Origin: an uncultured virus (IMG/VR IMGVR_UViG_3300008108_000113) | Lineage: Duplodnaviria > Heunggongvirae > Uroviricota > Caudoviricetes | IMG/VR virus record: IMGVR_UViG_3300008108_000113 | Length of the DNA stretch: 64,000 bases | Strand: one strand, 5' to 3' | In this document: positions 10,211 through 20,057 of the stretch, piece after piece | Layout: each line of letters opens with the position of its first letter | How positions within the stretch are numbered: position 1 is the stretch's first letter | Position numbers and translations under genes: made by a program | The notes under the pieces: generated by a model | Told to the model about the DNA's origin: nothing | What the model saw: the letters and a program-made list of their open reading frames with translations, nothing else | The model's database searches: none

Positions 10211-13200
10211 ATGGCTGATGATCAAGTCGTAACTAATATAGTTGCTCGGGCTGATTTTTCTGACCTTATCGCAAATGTACGAAAAGTTACCACCTCTCTT
10301 GCTGCAATGCAGCAGCAAATTGGTTCTTCTAATAAAGTACTTTCTTCACAGATAAATGCTGTTAACAGAAGCTTTGGAGAAACCTTAAGGTCTACTGGAC
10401 AATTCTCATCACACTTTGTTTCTTTAGCAAATGATGTCGATGTATTTGGTAAAAGATTAGACGGTGGTAAACTTAAGTTAAGAGATTATTTCTCTACCCT
10501 TCAAACACATACTAGAACATCTGGCGGACTTATAAGAGACCTTGCTAGGCAGCAGGTTCAACTACAAAATGCTATATTGCAACCCTTGGGCAGAAATGCT
10601 CAAGGGCTCATGCAATTTAATGTACATGTGCCACAAGGCCTAGATGAAATAAAGAATAAAGGCGCCATTGCAAGACAAGAAATGCAAATCCTTAATAAGG
10701 TTATGCAGGAAGGCGCTGGTCAGCTTATTAACTGGGGTAAGAATACTCAGTGGGCTGGTCGTCAGTTAACAGTAGGACTAACCGTTCCTATAGCAGCATT
10801 TGGAGCGGCTGCAGCAAAAGCATTTAGAGAAGCAGATCAAGAGCTAACAAGATTAACTAAGGTTTATGGCGGACTAGCCGCAACATCTTCTGCAGAGCTT
10901 CAAAAAGTAAGAAGAGATGTTACTGCAGTTGCTAATGAGTTAGCCAGAGGCTATGGAGCATCTTTTAAAGAAACACTAGCACTTTCCGCAGATATTGCAG
11001 CAAGTGGTAAACAGGGAGCAGAGCTTCTTGGCTCAATTAGAGAAACAACACGTCTTGCGGTACTCGGTGAAGTAGATAGACAAGATGCTATGAAGGCAAC
11101 TCTTGCCATTCAGTCAGCATTTAAACAAGACACGGACGAGCTTGCAGAATCAATTAACTTCCTTAACGCAGTAGAAAACCAAACGTCTACAACCCTTAAC
11201 GATTTAGTGGAAGCAATTCCAAAAGCTGGACCAGTTATTAAAGGCTTGGGCGGAGATGTACAAGATTTAGCACTTTATCTTACAGCAATGAGAGAAGGTG
11301 GAATAAATGCTTCCGAAGGTGCAAATGCACTCAAATCTGCATTAGCATCATTAATTAACCCTACAGATGTTGCAGTTCAAAAGTTTGAGGGATTCGGAAT
11401 AGACTTGATGGGCATTGTAAATAACAATGCTGGAGATGTAACAAAGACTCTGTTTGCCCTACAATCGGCTTTAGATAATTTGAACCCGCTACAAAAATCA
11501 CAGGCAATCGAACAGCTTTTTGGTAAATTCCAATTTGCTAGACTATCTGCATTGTTTGAAAACTTAGGAAAGCAAGGAAGCCAAACACTTCAGGTAATGG
11601 ACCTTATGAAGGCAAGCTCAAAAGAACTAGCAACCATTGCAAGTCGAGAATTAAGTATGGTTACAGAATCTGCTTCTGGTAAATATAAAAGAGCAGTAGA
11701 AGGATTAAAAGCAGATTTAGCTGGAATAGGAGAAGAATTTTTAAAGGTTTCTACTTTCTTTATAAATCTCGTAGACGGAATTGTTAAGTTTGTAAATAAT
11801 CTACCAGGACCAATAAAGACAATACTCACATTCTTGGCAGGTCTAACAGCCGTAACTGGACCTTTAATTATGCTTACTGGTGTTCTTGCAAACTTCCTGG
11901 GCTATGTAATAAAAGGTGCATTCCATCTTAAAGCATTATTTAAAGGTGGAGAAGGCTGGAGAATGCTTACTCCAGAAATACTTGCAGCTAACCAAGCTGG
12001 AAGCTTAATAGAAAAAACATTTTATAGCGATGCTAAAGCAGCCCTAGCGCTTGCTGAGGCACTTCAAGTTCTGTCTGCTGGAATGACTTCTATTCAGTCA
12101 AAGATGACTCAAGGAGTTGTTTCTGTACAGCCGATGCTTTCAACTGTTGCTGGAAGTATAATAAAGCCTCCAGGAGACGGTGGTGGCGGTGGTGGCGGTG
12201 GTGGAATACCAAGAATAGTAGATCCAAGAAATCCATTAGTTGGTCCAGCTGGAACACGTGCAAGTGCACACATGGTTCCAAGATCTGGCATGACTCAAGA
12301 AGAACGTGCGGCACAAACAATTCACAGTTTCTTGCCAGCACCAATACCAGTTAATCAAGCAGTTGGTGCAAACCCACAAATTTTTGCATCAGGAGATTTA
12401 CCAGCAGTACCTGGACTAACAACAATTACAGGAAAGTCTGGTGCAGTATCAACTGGAGTTGTATCATCAGAAGCAGCTAAGTGGCACACAATGGTAGGAG
12501 CACTATCAATGATGACAAAGACTGAAGTTGCTCAAATGAGAACACAGCTACGTACAACTGGTACTGTAAGCTCAGAATTTACTCAAGCATTCGGATCACT
12601 TCTACCACAGATGACATCTATTGCAGAAAATGCGGCACAACAATCTGCTGTTATTGTTGCTGAAGCAAAAGCTGGAACTATATCTGTTCAAACAGCAAGA
12701 CAAAGAATTATTGCATTAAATATTCAAGTAGAACAATTGATGGCTCAAGCAACCATGGGAACAGCAACATCACTTGGTAGAACAGCGGTTATTACTGCAG
12801 TTCCTACATTAGATCAGCCAGTAGTAGATCCAAAAACTGGCAAGTCAAATATGCGAGAATTATTTAAAAAAGGAAAAACAAGATCATTCGTAGATGACCT
12901 TGCAAGACTCATGGGCGTTAGAACATGGGGAGCAGGATATTCAACACATACAACAAGACCTATTAGATTAAACATGGGAGGTAAAGTATATAACCCAGAA
13001 GTTCATGGGAATGTTGTACCAGGCGACACCTCAATTAATTATGATAATACACCAGCAGTTTTACGTGAAGGTGGATTTATATTAAATCAAAGCTCTTCTA
13101 GAGTAAATCCAGATCTAGTTAAGCTGGCTAAAAATTCAAAAAATGCAGGCGGTAAAATTGTTCCAGCCATCTTAACCCCAGGAGAAACATATTTCCCACC

Positions 13201-16200
13201 AGAGATAGCACAAGAAATAATGCCAACTCTGGAAAAAGCAAACTCTGGTAGTGTAGTTAAATTATTAAATGCTGGAGGAATATTAGGCGGAAGAGTATCA
13301 AATAAAAAACTTAACTATGGAATTAGGATTTCTCCAGTAGATATTTTGTCTAAATTAGGAAGATGGAATCCTAACATGGCCAGAGGTGCCAGAAGAGTAT
13401 ATGAGACAAGAGCATCTGGATCTAGAGCAAGCAATTCTCCAAGAACCTTTGACCCAGGATCTCAATTTGGTCCAGAAACATATCATTCTTTATTTAGAAG
13501 ATCAAGTGCTACATGGGGTGTGCATGGAGGTGCTCTAAGACACGGAGAAAGAGGTGCTGATGAAGTTCTTGGACATGTCATCACAAGCAAATTCTTAAGA
13601 CAGTTTAAAGGTTTACCTGAGCAGGGTTCTAGCAGAGTATTAACTGGTTCTCAGTTTGAGTCAAGATTCGGATCAATGCCAGGTGGGGCAACACCATCAA
13701 AGGTTTATCAAGTACTACCAGACAATTTAATTACGATTACAAAAGATTTTAATGCCGCCCTAATTAATGGCAGCGCAACTGGGTCAATGTGGCTTAGCTC
13801 AAGCAGACAGCCTCAGCACTTTATATCTTTGCTTTCTCACCTATTAAATTCTGGAGTTCCTTATAAGGTTGCTTACAGAACAGCTGGCAGAACATTAGAC
13901 AGAATAAATAAAGCCATGTATAGGCTCAAGGATACTAATCTTACCGAAACAAAATGGGGCAATATAGTAGACTCTTCTATGCAGGCAGAGATATCTGCAC
14001 TTTCTCGTTCTTACACAAAAGGATCGATGCATTCTCTTAATGCTGGAGGAATTGTTCCTGGAGGAATGGTTTCACGAAATAGATTTGGTTATGGAATACC
14101 AGCATTAGCTGGATCTGTCATAGCAAGACTAACTTCAAAATGGAAAAAGCCAAACCCATATTCTCCTGCAACTCAAAAACATGATTGGACAAATACAGAT
14201 CCTTTACATGGTCCACTATTTATTGGTAGAGCAGATATTGGATCAGATGGAGTACGCAGAAGCCTTTCATACAGCATACCTTCAGGTCGTGTAGTCCAAG
14301 GACGAGAAGGCAAGCAATTAGTAGGAATTTCACCAATGATGTCTAATGACCCTAGATATCTAATTGAAAGATATATGGCGGGAGATAAGTCGGTACTTGC
14401 CAGAATGCAGTATGAAAGCCGTAACGGATTAAATACTCATCCGTTAAGCATTCAGTCCTTATTTAGATTATTGGCTAGGCCTTTTAGAGGTACTCTATAT
14501 AGAGGAATGACCCCTCAATCTGTAGCAGATACACTTCCAAAGCATATAGTTGAAGCTATTGAAAAGGCTAAAGCAACAGGAGATTTTTCTGCATTAATAG
14601 GTAGAGCCTTTATAATGAGAAGGGCGTCATTTACATCTGATCCAGGTATAGCACAGTTCTTTGCGCCTGGTAGTGGAGGATTAGTATTACAAGCATCCTT
14701 GTCTGGAAGAAAAGTTACTCCTACTTCAGAGATTTTCCCTGATAAAAAATTCCAGGCTCCTTATGGGCAAGACTGGAGTAAAGGGCTTTCCAGCAGAAGA
14801 TACAGGTCAGAACAGGAATCTTTGGTAGGCGGAAGATTTACAATTACTGGTTTTGATGGTAAAAAGCTTATTGTTGAAGGAAGAGCAATGGGCGGACCAG
14901 TTAGTGGAGGAACGCCTTATGTAGTCGGAGAAAGAGGGCCAGAGTTATTCGTACCAAAGAATAGTGGTGGAATAATACCTAGCTACGCATTGGGAGGAAT
15001 TGTAAAGGGCGGAAAAATAAATTATGGAGAGCTTCCTCCAGGTTGGGAACAAGCGCTTGCACAACCAACACTAGCTACACAAATGAGGGCTTCTGGACAG
15101 CTCCCTCCCCTTCAAACACCACAGGCTTTAGAAACGCCAAAGGGCCCAAGAGGACTAGGTGCCCTAAGAATGCTTGGAAGCCTTGGCGGAGGAACCCTAG
15201 GATCTATGGTTGGAACCCAATTAACTGGTGGCAGTATGGTTGGAAATATTTTAGGATTTATGGGTGGCAGTGCATTAGCCGATGCAGGCATTACAAGTAT
15301 TACCAATAAGGTATTAGGTCTTGGAAATGCAGCAGGATCAGCAGCAGGTAAAACCTCCCTTTTAACTAAAGCCTTTAACTTTTTTATAAAATTGCCTGGA
15401 CCACTTAAACTTTTAGCTGCAATTGTTGGAGTTGGTGTAGCAATAGAAACAATTAACAACAAAATTTCAGAACACAGAAGAATAGTAAGCTCTGGTTTTG
15501 GGATAAGCGAAGAGTCTGCTAAAAAATTAGGCCTTCAATATAAAAAGCTTGGATCTGAGATAGATACCTACCAACAAAAATATGATCTAATGCTTGCTAA
15601 AGCAGCTGCAAATAGATTTAACCAAACAAAAGCAGAAGGCAAAGGAATTAATATAACTGTTCCAGAGCTAGAAAAACTTAAAAAACAGGTCGCAAAAGAT
15701 TTCCCAGATGAAATTAAGATGTTTGATAAAGCCACAAATGAAGAGGCCATAGAAAGGGCTACCAACTTAAAGGCAGGAATGGTTGCTGCTGGTAAATCAG
15801 TAGAAGAAGCTAATGAAATTATATTAGCAATGATCATGAATTCTAATAAATCTGCATACGCACTAGATATACTAGGTGACAGAGGCTTTGGTAAGATACA
15901 AGGAAAAATTTCTGCAACAAATTCAACTATAAAAACATTTTCTAATATTATAAAAGAAGGAAATTTTGACCAACTTCCAATTGCGTTACAAACCTCGGTT
16001 AACGCTCTAGATAATTTACAGCAGTCATTTATTAAAATAGATGCTAATACAAAAAAGGCAGTCACATCATCACAGGCATATGAGAAAGTATTAAGTCAAA
16101 TATCTGGTACCGCCAATAAACAAATAGGCGAAAAGGGTCTTGAGGAGATACTTGCACAAAATGAAGGACTAAGAGATGTAATTGATTCCACCGACACACT

Positions 16201-19200
16201 TGCAGGCATATGGGCAAAAATTAAACTTTCTACATCTGGTATAACATTTAACCTAAAGGATATGTCTTCGGAAACAGCCACAGCCATATCTCTTTTGCTA
16301 GAGCAGCAAAAAGATTACTTAAGATCAAACGATTCTTTAATTGGTTCTGCAGCAGACTTAATTGCAAAAACTGGAAATATTACTGCTAATCAATTAATCA
16401 AGAATGCAAACAAAACAAAAGAAAGCATTCAAAAAGAAATAGAGCTAAGACAAAAAAATATTCAAAGAATTAAAGATGAAGCCGCTGCTAAGAAAAAGGC
16501 ATTGGACGAAGAAACAGAGGCGGAAGATTTTCTCCTACAGATTCAGAAAAAACAAATAGAGTACTCAGAAGCCCTGGCTTCTGGAGACATGGCAAGAGCT
16601 GCACAAGCTCAATTAGACATACAGTCAATGACTGGGGCAAGACAGTTGGATCTTGCCAAAACTGCAATTGATAATAAAGCAGACAGAGATATTAAAAAGC
16701 AACAAGACTTAATAGATAATTTAACTAAGGCATTAGATGGCCTATCCAAAGCTTTAGAAAAACAAATTTCTGCAGCGGGTAATGAGCAGGCTAAAAAGGC
16801 AGACATGCAAGGCCTCTATGACTTATTTATGCAGGCCGTCACACTTGGAATGGGTGGAGTAACGGATAGTGAGAAGTTAATTATTGGAGATATAGCTAAA
16901 ACATTAAGAGATAGTGGAATAAAACAATTTGTTGATTTAGCAGATAAGTATCTAAAAATGTCACCTACTGGAAATTATGTAGGTTCAATGCAACCAATGG
17001 GATTTGGCGCACTTGAATCCCTTGGTGCTGCCTCTTTCTCAGTAATAGCTGGTAAATTACAAGTTGAGGATACAGAGCTAAGCAAGTACATAAAAGCACT
17101 TGCTACTGGTAAAACTGGTGACTCAACAACACAATTTACGCCTAAAGCAACAACAGAAAGAAGTGGTATGGGCACAAAAACTGTCTATACAATAACCCCA
17201 GATCAATACGTTAATTCAGGAATGTATGTTGAGGGCGAAAACCCAGTAGCAATGAAGAAAACATTCGTAGACTACCTTGGTCGCAGATTTCAAATTGTTG
17301 GAAAACAAGAAGATGGTGACTTTATTGTAGAAAGAAAATTTGCAGCAGGAGGCGTGATTAAAAACTTTATGCCAGGCGGAAATGTTACAGGTCCAGGAAC
17401 TTCAACATCTGATTCTATTCCCGCCCTGCTTTCAAATGGTGAGTATGTAATAAGAGCATCCTCAGTTAAGAAATATGGAACAGAAACATTTGAAGCACTT
17501 AATGCTGGAAGATTTGCAGATGGCGGTTTAGCTCAAGATCCTAATAAAGTTTATCTTCCAGATGGTACTGAAGCTCGTAGGATGTCACGTGAAGAACGTG
17601 ATGCTAATTATAGAGCAAGCCGTGAAAGATTCCTTACACAACGCAAAAAGTATAATGATTTTATTATGCCACAAGAAACTCATAAAGAGTTACTTAATAG
17701 ACTAAAAATGATGGGCTATGCAGATGGCGGACCAGTAAATACTTCAGCACTTATAACACCTTCCGTTCCTTATTATATGAATATGGGCGGAGAAATTCCA
17801 GGATATCACAAAGGCGGACCAGTAGGACATAGACATGGAAGAAATGCTCCGCAGACCATGGGTCCATACGGCCCATATGTACCGTCTTTCCCAGCCGATA
17901 ACAGAAGTAATGGCGGCGGACTCATGGATCAAATTAGGGGAGGATACCGTTTCTTTAGAGATTCAATGTACAATGGACAGAATCAAGGCTCAGCTATGAT
18001 CATGGGCATGTTAGAGCAAGCAGGCTATATTGGACAAACAACACTAAGTAGTGCATCAAAAGGAATAATTCCTAAGCCAACTAAACAGCAAGATAAAGAT
18101 TTTCAAGAATTTACAGGAATTCCTGGAGTTTATAGAGCGCTTACAAATAAGTCAGCAGAAGGACCGATGGGCCAAGAAAATCTAAAGGCGCAAAAATTTT
18201 TAGATTGGTTTACAGTAGCAGGATTTGCACTACCAGTAGCGGGAAGGGCATCAATTACAGCTGGAACTTCTATGAAGCCAGGACTTTCTAAAATAGCAAC
18301 TGGAATGAAAAGCGAAGGATTGCCTTATTTTAAAAGAGAGACTTGGCAAGGATCTCAGTTTAGACAAGACGTAGAGGCTACCCCTATATTAAAACAGATT
18401 GCCAAAACCGTTCTCACCCCCTTAGATAGGGGAAGAAACGCCGTAATGAATTTTAAAAACTGGGACGATACCGTTCCGTTTTCTAGAAAAGCAGCATCTG
18501 TTTTAGATGGTTTGCTTGGCCTACAAGATACTTTATCTACTAACGCCAGACCATCTGTCATAAAAGATTCTTTGCTTTCCATGTATCGCACAGGACATTC
18601 ATTTGACCCAGAGTCTAAATGGGCATTTATTCCTCCAGGTTCTGGAGCAAAACACATGAGTGCAAGGGCTGGCGGAAGAAACAAAACAATAAGACAAGCT
18701 TATATTGACGAAGCCTCATTTGGTGCAGAAAGATTTGTAGAGCAGTATATGAAATTTATACACTTTTTAAATCCTGGGACTTGGCCAGGAATAAAGTCTA
18801 GTGCAAAAAATACTATGATGGGCTGGACTCCTAAAAAAATAGCAGACGCTATATCATTTATGTATCGTACAGGACATGCATACGATGTCGCCGATCTGTC
18901 AAGAAATGTTTTTTTTGATAGAAATTTTAGACAAAATGTAATAAATAAAGCAAATCCTGGTGCAGAAAGATTTGTTGAGAAAAACTTACAATCATTATAT
19001 TTACTTAATGTAAAAAATATAATGAGTTCTGGAAGAACAAAACTAGGTTCGATAAAGAAGAAGTTGTCAGCAGCAGGCACAATACCTTATTTGATTCCTG
19101 GAGCTGGGAAAATGACAACCCCATCATTTATAAAGCATATCGATCATCCAGGACTCAAGGCCATACTTGAAACTTTCTATATGAGACACAGAGTGGTTCC

Positions 19201-20029
19201 TACTCCCGAAAACCCAGCTGGAAAGCTTCCAAAAGTTCCAGTACATCCTTCTGAAACAAAAGTAGTAACTGGAAGAACTAGAGGTCCAGGAATGTACTTT
19301 GGGGTAACTCCAAGGCTGTCAAAAGAATTTTATGATTTTGGACCTAATGTTTATAGGCCAAAACTAAACTTAACAATGTTAAAGGCTCTTTTTAAAAGCC
19401 AAGGGTATATAAAGGGAACACCTCAGCTTAATGCTCTTATAGAAGAATATAATGCTACAGCAGCAGCCCAGGCAATTCAGCCAGAGACAGGTTTTGCTGC
19501 AACAGTTCAGGGCGGACTATCTGGAGCTATTGCTTATGATCATCCACTTATTAAATTCCTTATGAGCAAAGGCTACATTGGATACACGCATGGTATGGAT
19601 GAAAATGCTTTAACTGCAGCAACTAATTGGTTAATTGGTCTATCTCCAAAGCTCGGCTATAAAAGAGTTATGCGAGCAAACGGTGGTATTGTTACTAATG
19701 CTGATAAATATGCTGGTGGTATGCAAATGAATATACCTAAGTTTGAAAAGGGTATTAATATGGTTCCAGCAGATATGTTAGCAATGCTTCATAAAAATGA
19801 AGCGGTAGTTCCAGCTAATATGAATCCGTTTAATCCTAATGCACAATCATATTCACAACCTTCAATTTCATATAATATTGCACCAGTAATTAATGCCGCC
19901 CCAGGAATGGATGAGCAGGCAATTGCAAATATGGCAACACGACAAGTTTTGGCGGAAATAAAAGCAATCGATTCTAGAAATACTGCTTCAATAGGAAGAC
20001 AAGGTATGAGAGTTGTGGGCAACAAATGA
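10211..20029 (+). CDS. Tape measure protein (3272 aa) with embedded effector-like domains
   Basis: TP901-like core (GLTVPI..FG.AA..AF, ENQTSTTL.DL.EAIPK, EGG..ASEGANALKS); TMP motifs GPGTSTSDSIPALLSNGEYVI and YVVGERGPELFVP; follows the chaperones. Confidence 0.92.
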   Translation: MADDQVVTNIVARADFSDLIANVRKVTTSLAAMQQQIGSSNKVLSSQINAVNRSFGETLRSTGQFSSHFVSLANDVDVFGKRLDGGKLKLRDYFSTLQTHTRTSGGLIRDLARQQVQLQNAILQPLGRNAQGLMQFNVHVPQGLDEIKNKGAIARQEMQILNKVMQEGAGQLINWGKNTQWAGRQLTVGLTVPIAAFGAAAAKAFREADQELTRLTKVYGGLAATSSAELQKVRRDVTAVANELARGYGASFKETLALSADIAASGKQGAELLGSIRETTRLAVLGEVDRQDAMKATLAIQSAFKQDTDELAESINFLNAVENQTSTTLNDLVEAIPKAGPVIKGLGGDVQDLALYLTAMREGGINASEGANALKSALASLINPTDVAVQKFEGFGIDLMGIVNNNAGDVTKTLFALQSALDNLNPLQKSQAIEQLFGKFQFARLSALFENLGKQGSQTLQVMDLMKASSKELATIASRELSMVTESASGKYKRAVEGLKADLAGIGEEFLKVSTFFINLVDGIVKFVNNLPGPIKTILTFLAGLTAVTGPLIMLTGVLANFLGYVIKGAFHLKALFKGGEGWRMLTPEILAANQAGSLIEKTFYSDAKAALALAEALQVLSAGMTSIQSKMTQGVVSVQPMLSTVAGSIIKPPGDGGGGGGGGGIPRIVDPRNPLVGPAGTRASAHMVPRSGMTQEERAAQTIHSFLPAPIPVNQAVGANPQIFASGDLPAVPGLTTITGKSGAVSTGVVSSEAAKWHTMVGALSMMTKTEVAQMRTQLRTTGTVSSEFTQAFGSLLPQMTSIAENAAQQSAVIVAEAKAGTISVQTARQRIIALNIQVEQLMAQATMGTATSLGRTAVITAVPTLDQPVVDPKTGKSNMRELFKKGKTRSFVDDLARLMGVRTWGAGYSTHTTRPIRLNMGGKVYNPEVHGNVVPGDTSINYDNTPAVLREGGFILNQSSSRVNPDLVKLAKNSKNAGGKIVPAILTPGETYFPPEIAQEIMPTLEKANSGSVVKLLNAGGILGGRVSNKKLNYGIRISPVDILSKLGRWNPNMARGARRVYETRASGSRASNSPRTFDPGSQFGPETYHSLFRRSSATWGVHGGALRHGERGADEVLGHVITSKFLRQFKGLPEQGSSRVLTGSQFESRFGSMPGGATPSKVYQVLPDNLITITKDFNAALINGSATGSMWLSSSRQPQHFISLLSHLLNSGVPYKVAYRTAGRTLDRINKAMYRLKDTNLTETKWGNIVDSSMQAEISALSRSYTKGSMHSLNAGGIVPGGMVSRNRFGYGIPALAGSVIARLTSKWKKPNPYSPATQKHDWTNTDPLHGPLFIGRADIGSDGVRRSLSYSIPSGRVVQGREGKQLVGISPMMSNDPRYLIERYMAGDKSVLARMQYESRNGLNTHPLSIQSLFRLLARPFRGTLYRGMTPQSVADTLPKHIVEAIEKAKATGDFSALIGRAFIMRRASFTSDPGIAQFFAPGSGGLVLQASLSGRKVTPTSEIFPDKKFQAPYGQDWSKGLSSRRYRSEQESLVGGRFTITGFDGKKLIVEGRAMGGPVSGGTPYVVGERGPELFVPKNSGGIIPSYALGGIVKGGKINYGELPPGWEQALAQPTLATQMRASGQLPPLQTPQALETPKGPRGLGALRMLGSLGGGTLGSMVGTQLTGGSMVGNILGFMGGSALADAGITSITNKVLGLGNAAGSAAGKTSLLTKAFNFFIKLPGPLKLLAAIVGVGVAIETINNKISEHRRIVSSGFGISEESAKKLGLQYKKLGSEIDTYQQKYDLMLAKAAANRFNQTKAEGKGINITVPELEKLKKQVAKDFPDEIKMFDKATNEEAIERATNLKAGMVAAGKSVEEANEIILAMIMNSNKSAYALDILGDRGFGKIQGKISATNSTIKTFSNIIKEGNFDQLPIALQTSVNALDNLQQSFIKIDANTKKAVTSSQAYEKVLSQISGTANKQIGEKGLEEILAQNEGLRDVIDSTDTLAGIWAKIKLSTSGITFNLKDMSSETATAISLLLEQQKDYLRSNDSLIGSAADLIAKTGNITANQLIKNANKTKESIQKEIELRQKNIQRIKDEAAAKKKALDEETEAEDFLLQIQKKQIEYSEALASGDMARAAQAQLDIQSMTGARQLDLAKTAIDNKADRDIKKQQDLIDNLTKALDGLSKALEKQISAAGNEQAKKADMQGLYDLFMQAVTLGMGGVTDSEKLIIGDIAKTLRDSGIKQFVDLADKYLKMSPTGNYVGSMQPMGFGALESLGAASFSVIAGKLQVEDTELSKYIKALATGKTGDSTTQFTPKATTERSGMGTKTVYTITPDQYVNSGMYVEGENPVAMKKTFVDYLGRRFQIVGKQEDGDFIVERKFAAGGVIKNFMPGGNVTGPGTSTSDSIPALLSNGEYVIRASSVKKYGTETFEALNAGRFADGGLAQDPNKVYLPDGTEARRMSREERDANYRASRERFLTQRKKYNDFIMPQETHKELLNRLKMMGYADGGPVNTSALITPSVPYYMNMGGEIPGYHKGGPVGHRHGRNAPQTMGPYGPYVPSFPADNRSNGGGLMDQIRGGYRFFRDSMYNGQNQGSAMIMGMLEQAGYIGQTTLSSASKGIIPKPTKQQDKDFQEFTGIPGVYRALTNKSAEGPMGQENLKAQKFLDWFTVAGFALPVAGRASITAGTSMKPGLSKIATGMKSEGLPYFKRETWQGSQFRQDVEATPILKQIAKTVLTPLDRGRNAVMNFKNWDDTVPFSRKAASVLDGLLGLQDTLSTNARPSVIKDSLLSMYRTGHSFDPESKWAFIPPGSGAKHMSARAGGRNKTIRQAYIDEASFGAERFVEQYMKFIHFLNPGTWPGIKSSAKNTMMGWTPKKIADAISFMYRTGHAYDVADLSRNVFFDRNFRQNVINKANPGAERFVEKNLQSLYLLNVKNIMSSGRTKLGSIKKKLSAAGTIPYLIPGAGKMTTPSFIKHIDHPGLKAILETFYMRHRVVPTPENPAGKLPKVPVHPSETKVVTGRTRGPGMYFGVTPRLSKEFYDFGPNVYRPKLNLTMLKALFKSQGYIKGTPQLNALIEEYNATAAAQAIQPETGFAATVQGGLSGAIAYDHPLIKFLMSKGYIGYTHGMDENALTAATNWLIGLSPKLGYKRVMRANGGIVTNADKYAGGMQMNIPKFEKGINMVPADMLAMLHKNEAVVPANMNPFNPNAQSYSQPSISYNIAPVINAAPGMDEQAIANMATRQVLAEIKAIDSRNTASIGRQGMRVVGNK

Positions 20030-20057
20030 TACAATGTTACATAGGAGAAAATATTAA

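Noticed and set aside
12178..12206. (GGT/GGC)n run as a phase-variable tract
   Set aside because: It is a triplet repeat with mixed codons encoding a Gly linker; slippage would keep the frame.
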